The notes under the pieces: model-generated
What the model was told of the DNA's origin: nothing
Databases searched by the model: none
What the model saw: only the letters and a program-made list of their open reading frames with translations
Part shown: positions 1-13,006 of the stretch, in pieces
Position numbering within the stretch: the first letter of the stretch is position 1
Layout of the letters: each line of letters starts with the position of its first letter
Translations under genes and position numbers: made by a program
Assembly: GCF_009914755.1 (NCBI RefSeq)
Contig: NC_060943.1
Reading direction: 5' to 3' (one strand)
Length of the DNA: 64,000 nt
Source of the DNA: the human T2T-CHM13v2.0 reference genome, Homo sapiens

Positions 1-1264
1 AATTGCAAAAGATAACAGATGCTAGTGAGGAAGCAAGGAAAAGGGAAACCTTGCGTACTGTTGGTGAGGATGTAAATTAGGATAGCCATTATGGAGAATG
101 ATATGGAGATTTCTCAAAAAACTAAAAACAGAATTACCACATGGTCGAGCAATACAATTACTGAGTATACATCCAAAAAAAAGAAAGAAAATTAGTATAT
201 CAAAGACATATCTGCACTCTTATATTTATTGAAGTACTATTCACAGCCAAGATTTGGAATCAATCTCAGTGTCCATCAACAAGTGAAAGGATGAAGAAAA
301 TACAGTATATATATGCAATGAAATACTGTTTAGCCATTAAAAAATCACAAAGTTCTGTTATTTGCATCAACATGGATGAATTTGGAGCCATTGTGTTAAG
401 TGAAATAAGCCAGGCACAGAAAGATAAATGCTGTATGTTCTCATTCATACACGGAAGCTAAAAAAGTTGAACTCATAGAAGGAGAGTGATTACTGATACA
501 AAATGCAACTAACTAGATAGGAGGAATAAGTTCTAGGGTTCTATAGCACTATAGGATGAGTGTAATTAACAATGTATTGTTAAAGTACTGATAATTCTAG
601 TAATGTTGTAGGATACGAAATACACATACAAAAATCAGAGACATTTCTATACACTGATAATGAACTATCCAAAAAGGAAAATAAGAAAACAATTACATTT
701 GCAGTAACAACAAAAAGAATAAAATGCTTCAAAATAAACTTAGCCAAAGAGGTGAAATACTTGCACACTGAAGACTATAAGACATTGGTAAAGAAAATTA
801 AAGAAGACATATATCAGATTCTATGAATCCCAATGGCATTTTTTATAGAAACAGGAAAATAATCTTAAAATGTTTATAGAATCGCAAAGAAGCCCAAAAA
901 GTGAAAACAATCCTGAGTGAGAAGATGAAGCTGGAGGTATCAACCTAAAAAATGAGAGAAAACATTTGTAAACCATATATTTGATAAGGGGTTAATATCC
1001 AAACTATATAATTACCTGATACAACTCAACGCAAAAAATAATCCAATTAAAAATGGGCAAAGACCTGTGTAGGCATTTTTCCTAAAAATACATACAAATG
1101 GCCAATAGCTGCATGAAAAGATGTTCACCATCACGAATCATCAGGGAAATGCCAATCAAAACCACAAGATGCCATCTCACACACATTAGCACGGCTTCTA
1201 CCGAAAAGACAAGAAATTATAAGTGTTTGCAAAGATGTAAAGAAATTGAAACCCTTGTGCACTA

Positions 1265-1903
<639 letters not shown>

Positions 1904-2247
1904 TGTGTTTTACAAAATATACAATGGAATACTATTCAGCCTTTTAAAAAAGAGGGAAATCCTGCTACTTTCAACAACATGGATGAACCTGGAGGACATT
2001 AGTGAAATAAGCTAGACGCAGAAAGACAAATCCTGCATGATCTCACTTCTATGTGAAATCTAAAATGATAAAACTCATAGAATCAGAGAGTAGAATTGTA
2101 GTTGCCTGGGGCCACAAAGTGGTGGTGGGTGGGATGAGTGAGAAGTTGTCAGTCAAAGGGTACAAAGTTTCAGCTATGCAAGATGCATGAGCTCTGGAGA
2201 TCTAATGGGCAGCATGGTGACCATGATTAATAATACTGTATTGTATA

Positions 2248-2592
2248 GAAGAATCCCCTTTATCCTCAGGGGATACATTCTATAACTCTCTGTGAATGCC
2301 TGAACCCATGCATAGTACTGAACCTTCTATACAATATACTATGCTTTTTTCCTATGCGTCCATACCTATCATAGAGTTTCGTTTATAAATCCAACTGAGT
2401 AAGAAATTAACAGGAACTAATTATAAAATAGAACAATTATACCAATATACTGTAGTAAAATTTACATGAATCTGATCAGTGTCTCTCTCTGAAAATGTCT
2501 TATTGTACTGCCTCACCAATGTTTGGACTCTGGTTGACTATGAGTAACTGAAACTGCAGAAAGCAAAACTGTGAAAAAGGGAGGAGCCATCA
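2248..2592 (-). mobile_element. MER44A-like Tigger-derived MITE
   Basis: Degenerate CCCCTTATCC...AAGGGAGGA termini and MER44-like interior; splits the L1 motif TATTGTA|TACTTGAAATTTGCT at a TA. Confidence 0.7.
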
Positions 2593-2632
2593 TACTTGAA
2601 ATTTGCTAAAAATTTTTATCTTAAGTGTCCTC

Positions 2633-2666
<34 letters not shown>

Positions 2667-3080
2667 CCTGTTTTCTACCCCTCAAAAAATTTCTTCTGCT
2701 GTTCCTTTGTACTCAAATAATCTCCTCACCCTTAATCATTAGTGGCCACTGGTGTGCTCTTATCCCTATAGCTTTACTTTTTCCAGAATTGCTAATAAGT
2801 AAAACCGTGCAATATGTAGCCTTTGAGTCTGGCTGACTTCAATACCTTTTTGTTTTAAAATTCTAAATATAATCAAATCTATGATGAATATATTAATTAC
2901 CTTGAGTATGGTGGTCACTTCACCCTGTAAATATATATCAAATTATAAAGCCATACATTTTAAATATACACAATTCCTATTTGTCAATTATACCAATAAA
3001 GCCAGAGGTAAAAAAGAAATCTTATTATCTAGTTACTATATAAAAATATATTAAATATATTGCCACATAAAAACCTGATT

Positions 3081-3316
3081 ATTTTTTATTTTTTATTTTT
3101 TTATCTCTTTTTTTTATTATTATTATACTTTAAGTTTTAGGGTACATGTGCACAACGTGTAGGTTTGTTACATATGTATACATGCGCCATGTTGGTGTGC
3201 TGCACCCATTAACTCGTCATTTAGCATTAGGTATATCTCCTAATGCTATCCCTCCCCCCTCCCCCTACCCCACAACAGTCCCCGGTATGTGATGTTCCCC
3301 TTCCTGTGTCCATGTG
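3081..3316 (-). mobile_element. Young 5'-truncated L1PA 3' end (L1PA2/3-like)
   Basis: TATACTTTAAGTTTTAGGGTACATGTGCACAACG...GCTATCCCTCCCCCCTCCCC with T-rich tail; flanked by AACCTGATT repeat (TSD). Confidence 0.9.
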
Positions 3317-3449
3317 AAGAACCTGATTTTTAAAAAATAAATTGGGTAATCTTATTTCCAGCAATTAAAACATCTGAAAAAATGAGTATTAATAAAGATA
3401 CTTGATACCTTTAGTATTTTAAGATTATAGGTAGAATTTGTCAATGAGG

Positions 3450-4150
3450 AAATTATTGAAAGAAGCCAGACTCAAAAAGCTACATAGTACATGATTTCAT
3501 TGATAAGCAGTTCTGGAAAAAGCAAGGCCATTGGAATGAGGAACAAGCTGGTGGCCACTCAGGATTAAGGGCAAGGAGACCACCTGACTACAAAAGCACA
3601 GCACAAGGAGCGTCTGAAGTTAGGAAACATCTCTACTGTTGTGGAAGTGCCTACGACTCCAGACACCCGTACAAAACCTACATAAGACAGAGTTCTCAAA
3701 ACTCACGGAAATGCACATCAAAAAGAGTGAGTTTGCTGTATGTAAATTTTTTAACATTTGAAACTCAAAAAAAGGTATGAAGTATTCATACTCATAAGAC
3801 CAATGAACCTGAAAGATTATAAGTTCTGTGAAGGAATCAGATCAAAAACAGTGCATGCTCTATGAGTCCATGTACATGAAGTGCTGGAAAATGCAAGTTA
3901 ATCTATACTGACAGAAACCAAATCAGTGGTTGCCCAGAGAGAAGGAAGGGGACAAGGAGAGGCAGGAGAGAGGCACTTAAAGAGGCACAAGAAAACTTTC
4001 ACAAGGGATAAATCTGTTCATATTTTGATTGTGGTGATGATTTTTCTGGTTTTCACAACTGTCAGAAGTTACAAATTGTACATTTTAGATATACATGCTT
4101 CTTATATGTCATTTATACTTCATTAAAGCTGTTAAAATAAAAAAATTAAA
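3450..4150 (+). mobile_element. Old L1M 3' end fragments
   Basis: GAAAGAAGCCAGACTCAAAAAGCTACATA and ending ...ATGTCATTTATACTTCATTAAAGCTG-A-rich. Confidence 0.65.
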
Positions 4151-4519
4151 TAAACATATATAAGATTTAAAAATACAATTAGGAAAAACTTAATAGAATA
4201 AGGCATGTAATAATGGAGGAATATGCATTTTTAATTGCATGTGGATGATTAATAAAAATGACCACTTATTAGAACATAAAGTAGCTCTCAACAAATTTCA
4301 AAGGATTTTAAAATTTCCAGAGGATATAATTTGATCTCAATGCAATTTTCATAGAAATCAATAACAAAAAGTGATTGCAAACTCTTCATATTTATAGAAA
4401 TTAATGATTCAATTGGCTCACTTTTACTGTCACAAATAACCTGAAAATTCAATAGATTAAAATGACAATCATTGATGATGATGACAATCATTGATCCCTC
4501 ATGTGCTGTGGGTTGGCTG

Positions 4520-5075
4520 TGTGATATCCTACCTTGTTTTAACCTGAAATTGACTCTCCCTTAGCTGAGAGAGCCGGACAGACTCCATTTTGGCTCCTTC
4601 ACTTGCAGCCCCTTACCTAGCCCCCTTTCTTCAAGGACTTAACTTGTGCAAGCTGACTCCCAGCACATCAAAGAATGCAATTACTGATAAGATACTGTGG
4701 CAAGCTATATCCGCAGTTCCCAGGAATTCACCCGGTTGATAGTACCCAAAGCCCCCGCGTCTGTGTCCGGTTGATGGTACCCAAAGCCCCTGCGTCTATC
4801 ACCTCATGATAGATTTAAAGCCCCTGCACCTGGAACTGTTTTTTTTTCCTGTAACCATTTATCCTCTTAACTTTTTTGCCTGTTTTGCTTCTGTAAAATT
4901 GCTTCAGCTAGGCTCCCCCTCCCCTTTCCAAACCAAAGTGTAAAAGAAAATCTAGCCCCTTCTTCAGGGCCAAGAGAATTTTGAGCACTAGCTGTCTCTC
5001 GGTCGTCAGCAATAAAAGGAGTCCTGAATTAGTCTCAGAGTGTGGCGTTTCTCTACAACTCGCCTGGTTACAACA
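4520..5075 (+). repeat. 5' LTR (LTR6A/B type)
   Basis: Direct repeat of 9816-10369; AATAAA 5011-5016; TATA position reads TGTAAAA (4939-4945); ~35-bp internal tandem repeat at ~4732-4800. Confidence 0.92.
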
Positions 5076-5077
5076 TT

Positions 5078-5095
5078 TGGAGGCCCCAGTGAGAT
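5078..5095 (+). promoter_or_regulatory. Retroviral primer-binding site, tRNA-Thr
   Basis: TGGAGGCCCCAGTGAGAT, 17/18 complementary to the tRNA-Thr 3' end as recalled (ATCTCGCTGGGGCCTCCA); the mismatch is a CpG transition. Confidence 0.88.
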
Positions 5096-5389
5096 TTCAC
5101 CACTGGGTGAGTGCTGGACTCGTTCTGGGCTACCCCCAACAGATGGCGGGCTTATAGGGGAGGCGCAACCTGAAGATGTTCCAGCGCCCTGTAGGCCACT
5201 GTCTTCTGGAGGGGAATGGATCGACTGCCAGTGTATGCCCACCAAATTCAACTCCTGAGTCCTCAGTCTCTGGTCCCAGGAAGGTGAGTCAGATCTGACT
5301 TTGTTTTTCTGGGAGGGAAACAGCCGTGACGAGGGCCCTCCCTCAGACTCTGTCTACGTTCCAGGATGCTGGAGGACAGAGTCCTGGTT

Positions 5390-5530
5390 TCTGTCTGTCT
5401 TCTCTGTTAAGACTAGTCTGTCTGTCTGTCTGTCTCTCTCTCTCCCTCTCTCTCCCCCTCTCTCTCCCTCTGTCTCTCTCCCTTCTCTTTCTCTCTCTCT
5501 CTCTCTTTTATCTCTTCTCCTTCTCTTGTT
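5390..5530. repeat. (CTGT)/(CT)-rich pyrimidine tract in ERV leader
   Basis: Low-complexity CT repeat read directly. Confidence 0.85.
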
Positions 5531-5926
5531 CAGGTCTCTAGGAGACCTCTGTTTTAGAACAGGAATAAGAATTGTAATAAACTCTGTATGAGTGAGTGAG
5601 TGAATGTGGAGTTCAAGGGCTTGCGCTTGAATTTCCAGTTTGTAGCTCCATGGTGAAAGCTATGGAGTTTGAGTGGGCCCTCACCTGCAGTTCCATGGCG
5701 ACCTCATAAGGCTTAGGGCAGCATCAGGCATAGCTCGATCCGAGCTGGGGGTTTACACCGGCCTGCCAATGCCAAAAGGAGCCTAAGTCCTCTCCTGGGG
5801 AGCGGCCAGGCGGGCATCTGACTGATCCCATCATGGGACCCCCTCCCCTTGTCTGTCTATAAAAATTGCTATACTAATTTATATACCCCAGTGTCTATTT
5901 TTCTGTTTGGTCTGTCTAAATTTCGT

Positions 5927-6682
5927 ATGTCAGGTCGCCGATACTGCCCATGGCGATTGGACAAGGACTTCTTCAAAGTCCTCGGTACAGATTTTCTATC
6001 CTGGGAGGAAAAATCTCTCATTAGTCATTTTGGCTGCCCATCCCAGTCCTGCCTTTTCTGTCAGAAACAAATCAGGTGTTGTTATGGGGAGGGGTGTGAG
6101 AAACATTCGCCCGTTTGGGATTTCTGGCACCATAAAGGTTGCTGGCATTTGGATTGCCATACCCCATGCCCCAATGACTGGACCACCTCCTCCTTAGACC
6201 AGTGGTGGATTCAAAATAGCCACCCCGCAGACCTCCTTGCTCACCTTTTCTGTCATCCCATAACTTTTCCTGTGCCCTTGGATAAGGCACTGTGCGGAGA
6301 AACCTGTGCCCGTGCTGCTTTACTCCGTCTGCACCCTTATTCTATTCCTCTGCGGCTACTCTCCTACCTTAGGAAAGATCTGAGTGGCCCCTTTCCTCCT
6401 CATCCCCATCCCTTACCTCACATATCTTGTTTTTCTGTGTCACAGCCAGTCCAGTGCCTCCAAGAGTTGGCTCTGCTCTCCCTCCTAAAACCCTTAAAAG
6501 AAAAGGCCAGGTTTGAACTTTTTGCCTTCGAATCGTGGAGACACCAAAAATATTTGGGCTATAAGTCAAAGAAAGAGGGGGATCACATAGGTCCCACTGG
6601 CCTCGGAGCCACCTCTTGTCCTCCCCCTAGATCTGAAAGATTAAAGAGACAGAACTTATGTGGCAAGAAGTGTTGGCTGTAA
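5927..6682 (+). other. Open pre-gag ORF of the HERV-T leader (251 aa from ATG 5927); function and expression unknown
   Basis: Stop-free frame 5849-6682 between PBS and gag; begins MSGRRYCPWRLDKDFFKVL. Confidence 0.55.
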
Positions 6683-6809
6683 TTGATTTCCTACTTCTTC
6701 TGGTTAGAATACTTTTGTTCTTCCGATATTACAGCCCCCCAGGCCGTGAATTTCTCTGTCCATGCTGGGTTTAATATTTCTGCTAAAACCTTGTTAAATT
6801 GCCTCCAGA

Positions 6810-7615
6810 ATGGGAAACTCTTCTTCCCGGCCGCATAAAGATTGGAGCCCTCTCTAATGTATGTTACAAAATTTCTCCCTGGGCTTCTCAGAGGATTATG
6901 GGGTCCACCTTAAAAAAGGCAAACTCCAGACACTCTGTGAAGTAGAATGACCACAGTTTGGAACCGGGTGGCCCCCAGAAGGGTCACTGAATCCCACAGC
7001 TGTTCAGGCTGTGTGGCGGGTCGTTGCTGGAACTCCCAGTCACCCCGATCAGTGTCCCTACATTGATCAATGGCTGAGCTTGGTCTGGAGCCCTCTCACT
7101 TGGCTCCGCTCATGTGCCATTCATAATCTTACCTCCAAGGTCCTTTTGAGCCAGGCCTCACTGTCATCCCAACCCTTGGCCCCCTCGGCTCCTCCTGTAT
7201 TGCCTCCTTCTGAAGAAGAGGAAAGTTTTTCTCACGCATTTCTGCTGCCTTATAACCTTCCTGCTCCCTCAGAATCTTCCCTAGTCTCCTCGACTACATC
7301 TCCTTTGGGCTCTCCACCTATTGCCTCCTGATTGCGGCTGCGGCAGGAGGAGGTAGCCCCCTTCCTCCTGCTGAGAGAGGCACAAATCCCTCCGGGTGAT
7401 GAGCGCTCAGCTCCATTCTTGGTTTATGTCCCTTTCTTTACTTCTGACCTGTACAACTGGAAGGCTCATAATCCCCCCTTCTCTGAAAAACCCCAGGTCT
7501 TGACCTCATTGATGGAGTCCGTGCTCCAGACCCACCGGCCCACCTGGGATGACTGTTAACGGCTCCTTTTAACTCTTTCACCTCTGGAGAGAGGGAACGT
7601 ATCCGAAGAGAAGCT
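6810..7615 (+). pseudogene. HERV-T gag remnant (MA, p12, CA N-terminus)
   Basis: MGNSSS myristoylation-type start, HPDQCPYIDQW, PSAPP late domain, [25 protein letters not shown]; stops at 6855, 6948, 7329, 7557 and a frameshift at ~7577. Confidence 0.9.
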
Positions 7616-7960
7616 AACTTGTTACAGTAGCTGCAGTCTCTCCAACAGGTACAAGACAGCATCCAGCTGCTTGTCCAAGGAGCACATCCCAATGCAGTTC
7701 CTGACCAGATGGGGCTCTGCCACTCTTTCCAGCTGGGTGACCTGGAGTATGTTAAAAAGTTCCAGAAGGAAGGACTCACTCCTGCCTGGAAAGGACCTCA
7801 TACTGTCATCCTCACCATGCCAACAGCTCTGAAAGTAGACAGCATTCCGGCTGGATTCATCACTCTCGCATCAACAAGACCAACAAAGCCCAGCAAGAAA
7901 CATGGGTCCCCAAGCCTGGGACAAGCCCCTTAAAACTGCGCCTAAGTTGAGTGAAGCCAT
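7616..7960 (+). pseudogene. HERV-T pol remnant: integrase C-terminal region only
   Basis: HSFQLGDLEYVK...PAWKGPHTVILTMPTALKVDSIPA(W)IHHSR, the gammaretroviral IN C-terminal motif. Confidence 0.88.
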
Positions 7961-9779
7961 TAGATTAATTCTTTATCTCTTTTGTTTCCACCTGTCATGC
8001 CCTCTGCTCCTTCCTACTCTTTTCTCCTTACTTCTTTCACGACAGGACTGTGTTTGCAAACACCACCTGGAAGGCAGGAACCTCTGAGGAAGTCTTTTTT
8101 GCAGTGATTTATGTGCTCTGTTCCCAGAGCCTGCCCATACTCTTGAAGAGCAACACAATCTGCCGATCATAGGAGCAGGGAACGTTGACCTTGCTGCAGG
8201 GTTTGGACACTCCGGAAGCCAGACAGGATGTGGGAGCTCCAAAGGTGCAGAAAAAGGACTCCAGAATGTTGACTTTTACCTCTGTCCTCGAAATCACCCT
8301 AACTCTAGTTGTCGAGATTCTTACCAGTTTTTCTGCCCTGACTGGACATGTGTAACTTTGGCCACCTACTCTGGGGGATCAACCCGATCTTCAACCCTTT
8401 CCATAGCTTGTGCTTCCTGTCCTAAACTGTGGACTAAGAGAAATTGTAATCCCCTTACTATAACTGTTCATAATCCTAATTTAGCTCAATGGAATTATGG
8501 CATGTCTTGGGATTAAGGCTTTATATCCCAGGATTTGATGTTGGAACTATGTTCACCATCCAAAAAAAAAAAATCCTGGTCCCATGGAGCCCTCCTAAGC
8601 CAATTGGGCCTTTAACTGATTTAGGTGACCCTGTGTTCCAAAAATACCCAGACAGTGTCAACTTAACTGTCCCGCCGCCTTTCCTGGTTCCTAAACCTCA
8701 GCTGCAACAACAACACCTCCAACCCAGCCTGATGTCCATTCTGGGCAGGGTACATCACCTCCTCAATCTCACCCAGCCTAAACTAGCCTGAGATTGTTGG
8801 TTGTGCCTAAAGGCCAAACCCCCTTATTATGTTGGATTAGGAGTAGAAGCCATGCTTAATATTGACTCTCTTTCTTGTCATACATGCCCCTGTGCCCTCA
8901 CACTAGGAGACGTGTCCGGGAATGCTTCTTGTCTAATTAGCACTGGATATAATTTATCTGCTTCTCCCTTTCAGGCTACCTGTTATCAGTCTTTACTTAC
9001 TTCCTTAAGCACCTCAGTCTCCTACCAGGCACCTAACAATACCTGGTTAGCCTGCACTTCAGGTCTCACTCGCTGCATCAATGGGACTGAACCAGGACCT
9101 CTCTTGTGTGTGTTGGTTCATGTGCTCCCCCAGGTCTACGTATACAGTGGGACAGAAGGACAACTTCTCATCACTCCCCCTGAATTGCATACCAGGTTTT
9201 GCCGAGCCGCCCTACTCCTTGTACCCCTCCTGGCCGGCCTAAGCACAGCTGGGTTGGTAGCCATCAGCATGGCTGCCTTCATTCAGGGAGAAACTGGACT
9301 AATGTCCCTATCTCAACAAGTAGATGCTGATTTAAGCCATCTCCAATCAACCATAGATATACTCCATACCCAAGTAGAGTCTCTAGCTAAAGTAGCTCTT
9401 CAAAACCGCTGAGGCTTATATCTGCTATTTGTCTCCCAAGGAGGGTTATGCACAGCTCTGGGAGAGAGTTGTTGCTTCTGTGCCAGTCAGTCTGGGGTCA
9501 TAAAAGATACTCTCCAAAAAGTTCAAGAGAATCTAGATAGACACCAGCAGGAGCGGGAAAATAACACCCCCCTGGTACCAAAGCATGTTTAACTGGAATC
9601 CATGGCTAACTACTCTAATCACTGGGTTAGCTGGACCCCTCCTCCTCCTCCTATTGTTAGGCTTAGTCTTCGAGCCTTGTATATTAAATTGGTTTCTTAA
9701 CTTTGTAAAGCAATGCACAGCTTCTGTCAAGCTTATGTATCTTAAAGCCCAATATAACCCCCTTGTTAAAACTGAGTAA
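7902..9779 (+). pseudogene. HERV-T env, full length but disrupted
   Basis: MGPQAWDKPLKTAPK start, CWLC (8795-8806), RFCR|AALLLVPLLAGL cleavage/fusion region, ISD LQNR*GLYLLF, CTALGESCC, TM LAGPLLLLLLLGLVF; stops at 8789 and 9410 plus frameshifts. Confidence 0.92.
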
Positions 9780-9815
9780 TCAATGATTTGATTCCCCCAA
9801 AACACAAGTGGGAAA

Positions 9816-10369
9816 TGTGATATCCTACCTTGTTTTAACCTGAAATTGATTCTCCCTTAGCTGAGAGAGCGGGACAGACTCCATTTTGGCTCCTTCACTT
9901 GCAGCCCCTTACCCACCCCCCTTCCTCAAGGACTTAACTTGTGCAAGCTGACTCCCAGCACATCAAAGAATGCAATTACTGATAAGATACTGTGGCAAGC
10001 TATATCCACAGTTCCCAGGAATTCACCTGGTTGATAGTACCCAAAGCCCCCGTGTCTGTGTCTGTTGATGGTACCTAAAGCACCTGTGTCTATCACCCTT
10101 TGATAGATTTAAAGCCCTTGCATCTGGAACTATTTTTCTTTCCTGTAACCATTTGTCCTTTTAACTTTTTTGCCTGTTTTACTTCTGTAAAATTGCTTCA
10201 GCTAGGCTCCCCCTCCCCTTTCTAAACCAAAGTATAAAAGAAAATCTAGCCCCTTCTTTAGGGCTGAGAGAATTTTGAGCACTAGCCATCTCTCGGTCAC
10301 CAGCAATAAAAGGACTCCTGAATTAGTCTCAGAGTGTGGCGTTTCTCTACAACTCACTCGGTTACAACA
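9816..10369 (+). repeat. 3' LTR (LTR6A/B type)
   Basis: Follows purine-rich tract ACAAGTGGGAAA; TATAAAA 10233-10239; AATAAA 10305-10310; ends GTTACAACA. Confidence 0.92.
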
Positions 10370-10917
10370 GCTGGTGTTTCAGCTGATATAAGCTGGTCTT
10401 GGCTAGATAGTGAACACTCAATCTGTGGGCCTGATAGGACTTGACCCCTCCTGTAGGTTGGGCTCAAATCTGATCCACATCTATTCATTCAGGGGCTAAC
10501 ACCTAAGAACCAGCACTTCTAGGGGAAAGGTCTTCTCTTAGTGACCACAGGAATGTGGGAAGGAAAGACTAACTGCATGGTCCTATTGAAGCAATTAACT
10601 GCCTATTGTCTGCTAACATCCCATTGTCCAAATCTAGGGACAGCAATGGAGTGAGGGGACTTGGGGGACTGCGCCTGAACTGGGAGGGCAGTGAGTGGAG
10701 TATGGACACTGAGTGACTACATGATTAGGATCATGTAGAAGACTGTGTGGCAATTTAGCGGCACAAAGTAAATGTTGTGGAACATTAACTTAATCTACTA
10801 CCAACTGAAAAACTTATGGGGAGGGAGACATTAAAAAGAAAAATGGAAAAGACACAAATAATGAATAAATTAAAAGGATACCACCTTAAAGATCTTTCAG
10901 CCATTAAAATAAGAGTA

Positions 10918-11060
10918 TATTCAGGAGGCTGAGGTGGGAGCATTGCTTGAGCCCAGGAACTTGAGGCTGCAGTGAGTTATCATCACACCTGTGAATAGCT
11001 CCTGCACTCCAGCCTGGGCAATATAGTGAGAGTTTATCTGTTAAAAATAAAGTAATAAAA
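10918..11060 (+). mobile_element. FAM-like fossil Alu monomer
   Basis: Contains 7SL-type CCTGTGAATAGC..CTGCACTCCAGCCTGGGCAATATAG and an A-rich tail. Confidence 0.75.
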
Positions 11061-12049
11061 CATTTTAAATAGGATACTATGGAAACTTTATGTTTACTTT
11101 TAAAATTAGGTGAGACTTTTAAATTCCAAGAAAAACATTCAAATACTGACATGAGAAGATAGAGAAACCCTGAATAGTCCTTATGGGTGAACTGTGAACA
11201 GGAGGCCTAGGCTCTCTCCTATATTCAATCCTAGGAAGATGATGTTGCTTTTATTTTCCTCCTGCACTGTTTCCTTAGAATGGACTTAGATCAATGAGAA
11301 ATGCTGCATTTCAGGCATTGTTTATTGTGAAAGCTTTGCCTGGGGAACTGCACCTGAACTGGGAAGGCAGTGAGTGGCGTATGGACACTGAATGATGACA
11401 TGATTGGGATCATGTAAGAGACTGTCAGGAAAGCAAGGTTTTCCTAAACTAACATGGACATGGAGGTGTCCTCCAATTTGTAAGATGTTCTGGATCAGAC
11501 AGTGATACCTGAACATTTCAAGGTGAACCTCATGCACATTAACTTTAATTCCCATATAGCTATGCTACTGAATGGTGGTGTGAAATGCTAGACTGCTGCT
11601 GCTGGACATCTCTCACCCCACCAATAACACTGAAAATACTGATCATGCTTTTTCTTTGTCCTTTCATAAATCTAAGTTAATTTAGAGTCAAGTGAATGCC
11701 TATTGTGTTGGTGAGTTTTATTGCCCATAAGAATTTGCAACTGTTGCTGGTGGCCATGCAGTCTTCTAATTGTCTATGAAACCAAATTAAAATTTTAAAA
11801 GCTTTTGCAAAGAAAATCCCAGGCAGATGACTTTTTCTGGAAAGTTCTAGCAAATACTTAAGGAGGAAACCACTCCAATCTTATACACATTCTTCCAAAG
11901 AATAAATAATGATGGTACCTTGTCTGTATCGGTCAGTGTTCCTGCAGGAAAGAAATGGCAAACTCACACTGGACACCTGAGGAGAGTTTAATGAATGGCT
12001 CTTGGCTCTGGTGTGAGCAAAGTCAAGGGAAGTCGATAAGAAAACCCCT

Positions 12050-12340
<291 letters not shown>

Positions 12341-13006
12341 TCCAAGTCTAGAAAAAGCAAAATACCCAAAGGGAGACAAAGAAAAAGAGCTGTTCCAAGG
12401 ATGCAGTGAGACCTGCAACTGCAGGAGAGGTCAAGCTCATGGGACCTTTGGCCATCAGTAGAGGGAAACAGCCACTGCCAACCTGCAGCCCTAAGGGAAG
12501 TCAGCTGGGAACAAATCACTTCATCTCACTCTCTTCTTCCTTCCCATATGTCCTGCCATATCTCCAATGTGTCAACACCCCCCCAAAAAAGGGCAACGTA
12601 GCCCAATGATGCAATCCAGAAAAGGCCATGTTCTGGTATACGGAACAGGTTGCGGAAAGGGTAGACTAGATTTCGCAGAATAAATGGAAATCACCAGTAT
12701 ACTCCTCAGTTCATTTAATGAGGCTGCTATAATCCTGACAGTGAAATCCAACCACTCAGGGACATAGACAAAATTTTCCACACAAGATATTGGCAAAGTC
12801 AATGAGATTATATATAAAATAATACTACATGCTGATTAAGGCAGATCTATACCAGAAAAGCAAGCCAGGTTTCATATTAAAAAATCATTTGATATACTTT
12901 AAAACATTAACAGAACTAAGAAAAAAAAACATATGCACATTTCATTAAACGTAAATAAGATGTATTATAATATTCGTCATCTTTCCTTGTTTAAAAAATG
13001 TTCTCA

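Larger units (their letters stand above)
4520..10369 (+). mobile_element. HERV-T (HERVS71, LTR6) provirus, internally deleted and defective
   Basis: Two ~555-bp LTRs TG...CA, 4-bp TSD GCTG (4516-4519, 10370-10373), tRNA-Thr PBS, gammaretroviral gag, integrase C-terminus and env closely resembling HERV-T Env. Confidence 0.93.

Noticed and set aside
5078-5095. tRNA-like sequence
   Set aside because: Only the 18-nt PBS complement is present, with no cloverleaf gene
7902-9779. Identification as the intact co-opted HERV-T env gene (ERVS71-1)
   Set aside because: This copy has in-frame stops and frameshifts, so it is a defective paralog
11390-11512. Possible C/D-box snoRNA (ATGATGA ... CTGA)
   Set aside because: No terminal stem or recognisable guide, not in an evident host intron, and the C-like box is absent from the duplicate copy at 10662
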